A stretch of DNA of 64,000 nt, from positions 1 to 64,000 of the IMG/VR virus record IMGVR_UViG_3300032235_000428; one strand, given 5' to 3'. How positions within the stretch are numbered: the first letter of the stretch is position 1; each line of letters begins with the position of its first letter. Source of the stretch: a virus. Position numbers and translations under genes: made by a program. Under the pieces are notes generated by a model. The model saw only the letters and a program-made list of their open reading frames with translations, searched no databases and had not been told where the DNA came from. This document shows, in pieces, positions 55,866 through 64,000 of the stretch.

Positions 55866-58295
55866 TTAAACTGTTCCAAATGGATTTGTTTCTGAAAAAT
55901 CTATTATCTCAGATGCTTCTTGTTGAATTGTATAATTTTGAGCAAAAGGATCTTGAAGATTATCTGTATTTATAAGTTTTATTTTGTAACTAGCTCCAGA
56001 GGTTTCTCCAACCAAATATTCATTATTTGAAAATTCTCCATTTATATTTGATAAAACTAAAGTTCTAGTAATACCATCCCAACTTTTAACTTTTCCTCTA
56101 GTACTACTTATTGTACCAACAACAATTTCATTAAAACTGAAAGATCCTATTCCCGTAGTAGGTGGTGCAGAAAAACTTATTGTTGGTGATTGAGTATACC
56201 CTAATCCAGCATTTATTATACTAATAGATGTTACTGTTCCTGAAGAATCTATATTAGCTCTTGCTTCAGCTCTTACTTTTTGGAATGATGTTGTAGCAAT
56301 ACTCACTTGAGGTGAAGTTGAATATCCAAAACCTGGATTAGTTACAAGTATTGATGTGATATATCCAGAATTATTAACTACTGGTCTTCCTTTTGCTGTT
56401 ATTAGTTTTGTTGGTGCGTTTACTGTTGCAATAGGATTTCCACTATATCCAGATCCATTGTATGTTATATTGAGTGAAGATAATTTTCCATTTGAAATTA
56501 TTGGTAAGGCAGTAGCATGTTCAAATGTGTGTAAAAATAGTGTGTTTGCTGTAGTAGTAAACCCAATTACTGGTATATTTACGTCATAATTTTGACAATC
56601 ATTTTCAATCCTGAATTCGTCAATATAGCAACTAGTGTTTACACTATGTTTTATCAGTATTCCTTCTGAAGAAACATATAGATTTGGTTCCCCAGAACTT
56701 AAGACGTACTGATTTCCATCAACAACTATAAATGTGTTATATCCACTATATGGATTTTGTGTTTTTTGGAATGATATAAAGTGCCACTCATCATCATTTA
56801 AATTAATTGGAACCTCTAGAGTTTCAAGACCGTTTAAAATAGATACCTCTAATCTTGAATTACTCTTTAAATCTATTTTCCATTCGTATGATCCATATAG
56901 TCCTTTGGAATATATTATAGTTCCTGGTTGAAATGTATTTTTTAATTTTAAGAAAAAGTCTACTCTACCATTTCTAAAAATATCAGATCCAATATTATTG
57001 CAAACTATATCCAAAGTTGTTCCATCTAGGTATCCACTTGAAGATCCAAATTTATACGTTGATGTTGTTAATCCACCTCCAGTAAATTTAATTGTATTTA
57101 CTACAGTTGTAGTATATCCAGCTCCTGGATTTGTAATTGGGATATTTAAAATTCTAGTATCAACATCAATTACTGGAGATAATAATGCATTAGTTAAAAT
57201 TGGATTTGGGAAGTTAAATTCTCTGGTATTATCAAAGAAACCTTGCTGATCATTTATAGATATTGAAGTAACAAATCCAGATGAATTAATATTTCCTGTT
57301 AAAGATGCTGTGGATGTTGAAGATGTTCCTGGAGCAGAAATTGTGACTACTGGTGGATCTACGTATCCATAACCACCACTTAAAATAGTAACAATACCAA
57401 CAATTCCATTTCCTATTACTGCCTTTGCTGCTGCGCCAGATCCTCCACCGCCGATAAACGTTACTGAAGGTGTCGTAGTGTACCCATATCCAGTTTTTGT
57501 TAATTCTACACCTTGAATTCTTAATAAAGAAGAATTTGGTTCACATAAATCTGTCAATCCTCCTATCATTGTAGCAATTCCAGAAGCGGTTCCATTTGGA
57601 TCTGGTGATGATGAAATTGCTACAACGGGTGTTGATTTATATCCTTTACCTCTGTTTGTTAAATTGATATATCTAACACCACCAAACACTAATCCAGACG
57701 TTGCAACTGGTAAAGAACCAATGCCAATCATCTTGAAAGTTTGTGTGTATCCTTCATTCTGCACATTATCGTCTATAAATTCTATTCCAGTATCTATATT
57801 TTCATTATTGTATCTGAATAATTCACACTTTAATTCGTAAGTATAACTTCCTTTTAAAGAATAAAAAGGTTTTTCGTGTTCGACGTATTTAATTTCAAAT
57901 AATCTATCGCCTAATGGAAAATATACTAAATCACCTTCTTTTGGTCTACTGTATAATTTTACATTAGGTAAATTTTCCAATAAAGGTTTTAAATATACCT
58001 CATACCTTTCTCTAGAAATAGTTAATGTTAAATCATCAAGTTCTTGAATTCCAAACTTGGACATTAACGTGCCAACATTTCCATATCCATCATATGTTTC
58101 TACATATGCTTCTATTGGATATGCATATTTAAAATCTGAATTTATTACTTCTTCAATAATAGTTTTTTCATTGAAATATAGTCTTGGAATATAATATATG
58201 TCAACACCATAAATTTTCAAGTGCTCATTTACAAGATCTTGTACAAGACCTCTTTCTGTCTGTGATCCTTGAAGAAAAAATGGATTGAGTGCCAT
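55866..58295 (-). CDS. gp14: Neck protein gp14, enlarged to 809 aa by inserted repeats and a LamG-like domain
   Basis: MALNPFF, RPKEGDLVYFPL, FEIKYVEHEKPFY, YELKCELF, C-terminal DFSETNPFG. Confidence 0.9.
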   Translation of the reverse strand: MALNPFFLQGSQTERGLVQDLVNEHLKIYGVDIYYIPRLYFNEKTIIEEVINSDFKYAYPIEAYVETYDGYGNVGTLMSKFGIQELDDLTLTISRERYEVYLKPLLENLPNVKLYSRPKEGDLVYFPLGDRLFEIKYVEHEKPFYSLKGSYTYELKCELFRYNNENIDTGIEFIDDNVQNEGYTQTFKMIGIGSLPVATSGLVFGGVRYINLTNRGKGYKSTPVVAISSSPDPNGTASGIATMIGGLTDLCEPNSSLLRIQGVELTKTGYGYTTTPSVTFIGGGGSGAAAKAVIGNGIVGIVTILSGGYGYVDPPVVTISAPGTSSTSTASLTGNINSSGFVTSISINDQQGFFDNTREFNFPNPILTNALLSPVIDVDTRILNIPITNPGAGYTTTVVNTIKFTGGGLTTSTYKFGSSSGYLDGTTLDIVCNNIGSDIFRNGRVDFFLKLKNTFQPGTIIYSKGLYGSYEWKIDLKSNSRLEVSILNGLETLEVPINLNDDEWHFISFQKTQNPYSGYNTFIVVDGNQYVLSSGEPNLYVSSEGILIKHSVNTSCYIDEFRIENDCQNYDVNIPVIGFTTTANTLFLHTFEHATALPIISNGKLSSLNITYNGSGYSGNPIATVNAPTKLITAKGRPVVNNSGYITSILVTNPGFGYSTSPQVSIATTSFQKVRAEARANIDSSGTVTSISIINAGLGYTQSPTISFSAPPTTGIGSFSFNEIVVGTISSTRGKVKSWDGITRTLVLSNINGEFSNNEYLVGETSGASYKIKLINTDNLQDPFAQNYTIQQEASEIIDFSETNPFGTV

Positions 58296-58303
58296 AGAAT
58301 TTC

Positions 58304-59143
58304 TTACCCTATCATGTCTAGTGGTGGTAATTCATATGTCGAAGACATTTTATTCATAATTTCATCTATTTCTCTTTGGGCATCATCATATAATTGTCTT
58401 CCATTCAGTTCAATTCCACCTGGAAGTTTTACTCCTTGGAATTTAATTAAGTTTTGTCCCCATTGTCTTTTAATTAATGAAGTCAAATAGGGCTTTAAAA
58501 ATGAATCGTTCCAAACTCTACTATAATCGTTTGGATCTAATGCTCTATAACAATCAATTACTAGATATTGTCCAACAGTAACACTAGACCAATCAATATC
58601 TAGATACAATCTATCCATTCTTTGATTAAATCTTATTTGTTTTTGAGTTGTCAATAAAAAGTCAATATCTTCAAGATATCTTTTAACCATAGAATATGTT
58701 AAGAGTTCCGTTGATCCCCAATAGTAAATATCATTCAAGAATAGTTGATATTTTATACTAAACATACCACTTGAGATACTATTAGATCCTTCAAAAAGAA
58801 AAATCTTATTAATACCAATGATGGAAGGTGGAACTTGCAAATAATTAGAATTTTCAAAATAATTAAATGTTGTTGGAGTTCCAGCTATTGAAGTAGTCGC
58901 ACTCGTAGACGCAATACCAACCCCACCAAACGTAGCTCTGCCTCTAGAAATATCATCCTGTGTAATTTGATGCTTTAAATACATCTGAGAAACACCATCA
59001 AAATGCCTTTCTTGGAAAAATTGAATGGCATCATCAACTAGATCTTCAATTTGTTCTTCGGCAATGTTTATTTCTAAAACTGGTGCTCCAAGTTTCCTTA
59101 AGCAGTAATCTATTAGTTCTTGTCGTGAGGATGGTTTTGCCAT
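58304..59143 (-). CDS. gp13: Neck protein gp13
   Basis: PSSRQELIDYCLRKLGAPVLEIN, KRQWGQNLIKF, LPGGIELNG, PPLDMIG. Confidence 0.96.
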   Translation of the reverse strand: MAKPSSRQELIDYCLRKLGAPVLEINIAEEQIEDLVDDAIQFFQERHFDGVSQMYLKHQITQDDISRGRATFGGVGIASTSATTSIAGTPTTFNYFENSNYLQVPPSIIGINKIFLFEGSNSISSGMFSIKYQLFLNDIYYWGSTELLTYSMVKRYLEDIDFLLTTQKQIRFNQRMDRLYLDIDWSSVTVGQYLVIDCYRALDPNDYSRVWNDSFLKPYLTSLIKRQWGQNLIKFQGVKLPGGIELNGRQLYDDAQREIDEIMNKMSSTYELPPLDMIG

Positions 59144-59146
59144 TTT

Positions 59147-59320
59147 TTATAACTGTCCTAAGTTAGAAATAACCTCTTGTTGCTGAAAATATAACTTAAT
59201 GTAAGATTTAGTTAAATTTCTCAAAGCATTAATATCATCTATATTATCTATATCTCTAGATAATTTCTCATATTCAAATGACTTTGAAATACTAGTTAAT
59301 TCAATATCAGTGTGATCCAT
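59147..59320 (-). CDS. Small helix-loop-helix protein, NblA-like (phycobilisome degradation adaptor)
   Basis: Probable start MDHTD at 59320 (57 aa). IELTSISKSFEYEKLSRDID...LRNLTKSYIKLYFQQQEVI resembles the NblA spacing L-x4/5-F...I...L; the family call is tentative. Confidence 0.4.
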   Translation of the reverse strand: MDHTDIELTSISKSFEYEKLSRDIDNIDDINALRNLTKSYIKLYFQQQEVISNLGQL

Positions 59321-59561
59321 TGATAATCTTTCCAAGTAAATTTTTAATTTCGTTTAAATCTGACTTTAATTCATTAATATCAGATTTTAACTGATCGACT
59401 TCATTTTCAATGTTATAAATGGTACTATGTTCTCTTTTTTTAGCATTTTTTAAAGACAAGTATGCCTTATGTGATTGATCATCAGTATTGATGATTGCAT
59501 TTGTTAGGACATCCCTAACCAAATGGGGATGTCCTTCAACGTTTAAATAACGCATTTCCAT
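59307..59561 (-). CDS. Small conserved late protein with a C-terminal coiled coil
   Basis: VEGHPHLVRD..TNAIINTD...LKSDINELKSDLNEIKNLL. Confidence 0.75.
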   Translation of the reverse strand: MEMRYLNVEGHPHLVRDVLTNAIINTDDQSHKAYLSLKNAKKREHSTIYNIENEVDQLKSDINELKSDLNEIKNLLGKIINGSH

Positions 59562-59563
59562 AA

Positions 59564-62500
59564 TTATGCTAATGCTATTGCTCTAAGGTCCCTTATTCTT
59601 GGTGGGAATGCCTGATTTGTAGACGTTCCTACCAATTTTATACTGAAATATTTAAATTCAGGTAAATTGTCTATAGAGAACTCATAATCAGCAAAGGTTA
59701 ACTCTTTACTTTCAAACCCTAAAGTTGTATTTTTTGATACAAATTTATTTGATAGACCATTGTTTCTAGAGATATCAATAATGTTTCCATTTACATCCAA
59801 ATTAGAATATCCTGGGAATGGATAATAAATCATTTCACTCTCTAATGTATTAGAGATTGCATAGAAAGCTCTTATTTCGCTAGTGTTATTAACATACGCT
59901 GCAAGAAGAACTTTAATGGAAGTTGCAGAATTTTCTAACCCAATCACATTGGTTGCATAAGAAAATGCCGTTGGATCTGTAAGAATTGATGAAGTTCTAC
60001 CATCGTTGGCATAGTCTTCAATTATATCGTTAACTCTATTGGTAATAAGAATAAGACCCACTCTATCTAAATCTATTACTGGAGAAACAAAGGAATCTTC
60101 AGTAGTTAGATTAAATGTTACTGACAACGACTTATTTCCAGGAGAAGTTAATAAATTGTTAGTTTCATTTACTCTAGATGCAATTAATCTAGGTGTGTTA
60201 AAATACGTATGAGTATTGAGATTTAATGGTGCAGAATCTGTCTCAATGAATGAGATTTCATTACCACTTATACTAGTTGCCGTTGTCGTTTTAATAGTAG
60301 CAGTTATATTTGTTGATGGTAATATCATTGTTTGAACAATTGGTCTAACTGCCTCAAATTGTATATTTTGTGTTGCATTAATTAAATTACCACCACATGA
60401 TTTAGTTTCTGGGATATACAATTTGGGGAATGATGTTCCAACAGATCTATTGACACCATTAGAAGACATATCAAGTTTAATATAATAGTAATCTAAACCA
60501 ATTGGGTTCTCGACATTTGCATCTTGTAAGTAATGTGTCTTATTAATTCTCCTTAGAGAAATACCATTTACTTCATATTTACTGACAACAGTACCACTTG
60601 GATATGTGAAAGATCTTGTACCATCTATACCCCTTACAATGCCAGTTAACTGACCATTTGTTACACCAGTGTACGAAATAATTTCATCTTCTATTATTAC
60701 ATATCCAGGATTAGTTGAAGCAACAGATACATTTTCAAATGTATTGAAATTAGCAGTGCTTGCAATGCTAATCGCTCCAGAATCTGAATTTGAATAATTT
60801 AGTGTTAATCTGGTAGGAATTTTATCACCTTTGATATTTGATAGTACTGCACGGTTTAAATTGGAATGCATACCATGGTTTTTATGATTTACCTTGATAT
60901 GTAAACCATCATTAACCAATGAATAAGTTTCAATTTGATTTATTAATGAATTAGATCCTGAAGTTGTAACTATGGTTGTTATTCCAGTTGTTGGACTTAT
61001 ATATTGTACAACTTTACTGCCACTAACTTCAAAATCACCTTGAACTTGATCTAGGATTAATTCATTTACACCAGAAAGAGTAGATAATGAGAATTTCAAA
61101 TTCCTACCTAATGACTGTGTACCAACTTGTTGTGCTGTTAATACATCACCAACTTGATATCCAGATCCACCATTAACTATTGTAGCTGCAATAGCAACAC
61201 CACCATTTATAGTAATATTTGCTGTAGCATTCTTACCATCTCCAGTTAGGGATGTTAAAGATACATTATTAAATGTATAACCTGAAGCATTGGATGGAGT
61301 GTATCCAATTCCAGCATTTATTATGCCTAATGTTCCAGATGCAGAACCACCAGCACCAACATAATCAGCAGATGCATTTGTCCCAGATTGAATTATCGTG
61401 TTACCGAGAACTAATCCAGTTGTGTTAATAGTATTTGGGAAAGTGATTTTTATTTTTTTAGCATTAAAATCTAGAGAATCATTTAACAATTGTGCTACTT
61501 GGTTATTTCCAGTACTTAATTCTGGATTGTAGAAAGTAACAGAACCATTATTTTCCAAAAATACTGCCGCATAAAGATTATATTTCAAGTCTTCATATTG
61601 GCTTGGTGTCCATGTAGAAGCATTTTGAGATTTAAATAGTGATCCTAATGTTGTTTGATTTGAAACCAATATCTGTCTTGATTCTGGTAGGCTGGCAGTA
61701 GAAATGTCAACTTCACCTAATCTAGAAATCCATAAAGTATATTCATTTGAATCTGTAAGTATTACTACAGCATGTTCTTTAGAACCTTCTAAGTAAACTG
61801 GAGATGGGAAGTGTATCTGTGTTGCTTGAGATCCATCAAAGGTTTCAAAAATTTCGTCAGGTGTTAAAACTACACGACCAAATGGGTACACTTCTTCAGT
61901 AGGAACACCATTTCTCATTGAACGAAGTTCAACTACAACTGGAGCTACTGGATCTTTAGTCCTAAAAAATAACTCAACTGTAGTAACAAATCTTCCTGTA
62001 GGATTAGGTACAAAGAAAGACTGCGCCAGAGGGTCCTTCCCGCCTCTTGGTGGTGGTGGATCGGGTCTCCTTGGTGGTGGAGGGTCTGGCCTTGGTGTAG
62101 GTGGCGGTGGCGCAGGTTGAGGCTGTGGTGCTGGTTGTGGTGGTGGAGGAGGGGGAGATGGTGGATTCCCTGGTCTTGGTGGTGAAGGTGGTGGACTTGG
62201 ATTTGGTCTTGGTGGTGGGTTTGGTGCTGGTGGTGGTGGAGGTGGTGGTGGTGGTAGAGGTTGAGTACTAACAGTCTGACTATTGCTAACAACTTGTGTA
62301 GTTGATACGTCGGTTACATCTCTTGTCTCACTAGTTGATACATTAGTAAATCTAGGACTTCTTGTTGATCTTATTGTTTCTTGTAAGTTATTAATAGATC
62401 CTTGAGCAAAATATTGCTCTTCACCAGAAGTAGAAACTAATCCACCGATAGTCGTATTTACAGAACTACTGGTCAACCTAAAAACTTTTATTCCAACTTC

Positions 62501-64000
62501 AAATCTTGGATTTGTTATTATATTTGGATTTGGAATAAAGAAAGAACCTATAATAGATCCAATTTGGTCAGTTACCAATCTAACACTTGTAATTATAGCT
62601 TCTCCTTGAGAACCTCTAATTCTCATCCCAGGTTGAATGAAACCACTGTATAATCCTTGAGTATTATCTGCTAATGAAGCCGTATCAACGTTTAATAAAA
62701 TAGAAGAACTTGAGTAATCTGAAGGAATAGTGTAATTCTTATTATAAGGACTTACAGTAAAAACATCAGTTGGGTTGGAAATTGGTCCAAATTTATGATT
62801 GGATTTGGCAACTCTAAATGATATTGATGCTGTAGAAGAATTTGTTTCAGTTTCATTTCCCGTGGTCATTCTACCAACAACACGCTCACCAACCACAAAT
62901 TGCCCACTTATCATATTAATTTCGATAAGTTTTGGAATAACAAATCTAGTAACCTCCACACTATCGAAGAATCCATAAACTGTGGTGAATGGTCTAAATT
63001 TCTTTCCAGTAAATTCTATATTTCTAGACCTCATGAAAGGTATAACCGAGGTGCTTACTACACGATCACCTTCACTCAGAATATTAATCTGCTCAGACAA
63101 TCTTAATTGATTACCTTGTCTAGTTTGAGTACCAGTTCTGTTTACAGTAGTAGTTTCAGTATTTTGGAAAGTGTTTGTGGTTACAATCGCATTACCAGTA
63201 TTTTGAACTGATGAACCAGTTTGAACCGATTGATTTGTTACCGTTACAGTTCTACCAGTCCAAGTTGTTTCCCAAGCACCCCAAGTAACTGGACTTAATC
63301 CTGTTTGTGGATCATATCCACTAAAGACTAATTGATTTCTTGTTTCGGTATAATTATCAACCTCAATGGTTTGTGCTGCCATACGCACTTGATCAATCCA
63401 TATATCAGATGATGGGAAAAGATCAATTGTTCCTGTATATGAAGTTACTAGATATGGAGTTACATTCTCAACTCTTGTTGCAAACTGCTGTTGAAGTTCT
63501 AAACTTTCAAAATAATCTAGTGTTAATAGTTGTCCTGTTCTTCTTACATTAGTCCCAATCAAATCATTGGAGAACTTTACATCAGATAAAGGTGATGCTG
63601 ATGTTCCTATTCCAATTAATGATTGAGATCCTAGTAATAAATCAACTTGAGTTACGAAAGGAGAAGGTCTCAGTTCTAAGTTAGATGGGTCAATACTATT
63701 AGTTACTGGTCCAATTTTTAGTTGATTTTTTGTATCTGAAAAATTATCTACAAAAATACCAGATTTAAATCTGTTTAATCCAGAACTATCTGGTATGTGT
63801 AAATTCTCAGTTTTTGTTTCTAATAGTGATAGTGCAGTATAATACTCTAGATTTTCTATTCTATTTTCTAATAAAGCAATATCAGACATTCTATAACGCT
63901 TATGCTCTTTCAGTCTGATACTCGAATTAACAGTATTGCACAAGTAAGGTGGATGACTGATAGTAGCAACTTCTAGAGCATCATCAATATTGTTTGGTGT
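59564..64000 (-). CDS. Large virion structural protein (DUF4815/VrlC-like), 5'-truncated by the window edge
   Basis: Frame stays open from 64000 (TPNNIDDALEVATISHPPYL...); RYRMSDI..LENRIENLEYYT, RFKSGIFVDNF, DPLAQSF, LGSLFKSQNASTW, PRIRDLRAIALA. Confidence 0.85.
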   Translation of the reverse strand, partial: TPNNIDDALEVATISHPPYLCNTVNSSIRLKEHKRYRMSDIALLENRIENLEYYTALSLLETKTENLHIPDSSGLNRFKSGIFVDNFSDTKNQLKIGPVTNSIDPSNLELRPSPFVTQVDLLLGSQSLIGIGTSASPLSDVKFSNDLIGTNVRRTGQLLTLDYFESLELQQQFATRVENVTPYLVTSYTGTIDLFPSSDIWIDQVRMAAQTIEVDNYTETRNQLVFSGYDPQTGLSPVTWGAWETTWTGRTVTVTNQSVQTGSSVQNTGNAIVTTNTFQNTETTTVNRTGTQTRQGNQLRLSEQINILSEGDRVVSTSVIPFMRSRNIEFTGKKFRPFTTVYGFFDSVEVTRFVIPKLIEINMISGQFVVGERVVGRMTTGNETETNSSTASISFRVAKSNHKFGPISNPTDVFTVSPYNKNYTIPSDYSSSSILLNVDTASLADNTQGLYSGFIQPGMRIRGSQGEAIITSVRLVTDQIGSIIGSFFIPNPNIITNPRFEVGIKVFRLTSSSVNTTIGGLVSTSGEEQYFAQGSINNLQETIRSTRSPRFTNVSTSETRDVTDVSTTQVVSNSQTVSTQPLPPPPPPPPPAPNPPPRPNPSPPPSPPRPGNPPSPPPPPPQPAPQPQPAPPPPTPRPDPPPPRRPDPPPPRGGKDPLAQSFFVPNPTGRFVTTVELFFRTKDPVAPVVVELRSMRNGVPTEEVYPFGRVVLTPDEIFETFDGSQATQIHFPSPVYLEGSKEHAVVILTDSNEYTLWISRLGEVDISTASLPESRQILVSNQTTLGSLFKSQNASTWTPSQYEDLKYNLYAAVFLENNGSVTFYNPELSTGNNQVAQLLNDSLDFNAKKIKITFPNTINTTGLVLGNTIIQSGTNASADYVGAGGSASGTLGIINAGIGYTPSNASGYTFNNVSLTSLTGDGKNATANITINGGVAIAATIVNGGSGYQVGDVLTAQQVGTQSLGRNLKFSLSTLSGVNELILDQVQGDFEVSGSKVVQYISPTTGITTIVTTSGSNSLINQIETYSLVNDGLHIKVNHKNHGMHSNLNRAVLSNIKGDKIPTRLTLNYSNSDSGAISIASTANFNTFENVSVASTNPGYVIIEDEIISYTGVTNGQLTGIVRGIDGTRSFTYPSGTVVSKYEVNGISLRRINKTHYLQDANVENPIGLDYYYIKLDMSSNGVNRSVGTSFPKLYIPETKSCGGNLINATQNIQFEAVRPIVQTMILPSTNITATIKTTTATSISGNEISFIETDSAPLNLNTHTYFNTPRLIASRVNETNNLLTSPGNKSLSVTFNLTTEDSFVSPVIDLDRVGLILITNRVNDIIEDYANDGRTSSILTDPTAFSYATNVIGLENSATSIKVLLAAYVNNTSEIRAFYAISNTLESEMIYYPFPGYSNLDVNGNIIDISRNNGLSNKFVSKNTTLGFESKELTFADYEFSIDNLPEFKYFSIKLVGTSTNQAFPPRIRDLRAIALA
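62048..62260 (-). repeat. Polyproline low-complexity segment (~70 aa)
   Basis: PLPPPPPPPPPAPNPPPRPNP...RPDPPPPRRPDPPPP, immediately before GGKDPLAQSF. Confidence 0.9.

Noticed and set aside
61945-62292. His-rich alternative-frame ORF
   Set aside because: A frame-shifted reading of the CCA-rich polyproline tract.
1-64000. tRNA, rRNA or photosystem auxiliary genes (psbA, hli)
   Set aside because: Intergenic gaps are short and none shows a cloverleaf by eye; no such proteins appear among the ORFs. A tRNAscan-SE/Infernal run would be needed to exclude small RNAs formally.

Overview
A 64 kb segment of a T4-like cyanomyovirus (Kyanoviridae-type) genome, with all real genes on the minus strand. 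In transcription order (high to low coordinates) it contains: a 5'-truncated large virion protein (DUF4815-like); two small ORFs, one NblA-like; neck, tail and terminase genes gp13-gp14-gp15-gp16; a ~24 kb variable island of fibre genes (206, 71, 753, 2960, 3113 and 88 aa, plus a 586 aa modular protein); gp17-gp18-gp19-gp20; a 1697 aa coiled-coil/fibre mosaic; gp21-gp22-gp23; an AT-rich SGNH-hydrolase-like insert; gp3, uvsY, uvsW; gp55-gp47-gp46; a vWA/CobT-like plus CobS (MoxR AAA+) pair; gp45, a DenV-like gene, gp44; and a PD-(D/E)xK nuclease-like ORF coupled to a 3'-truncated DNA adenine methylase. T4-type late promoters (NATAAATA), sigma70-like early promoters and three intrinsic terminators are visible. 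The most striking observation is in the 3113 aa tail fibre. It carries three phycobiliprotein-like (globin-fold) units, each keeping the bilin-attachment C-x-R-D motif plus a beta-Cys153-like cysteine. The units appear nested inside one another and are inserted into a beta-helix cap that is uninterrupted in the neighbouring paralogue. All family assignments come from motif recognition by eye; no database searches were run.
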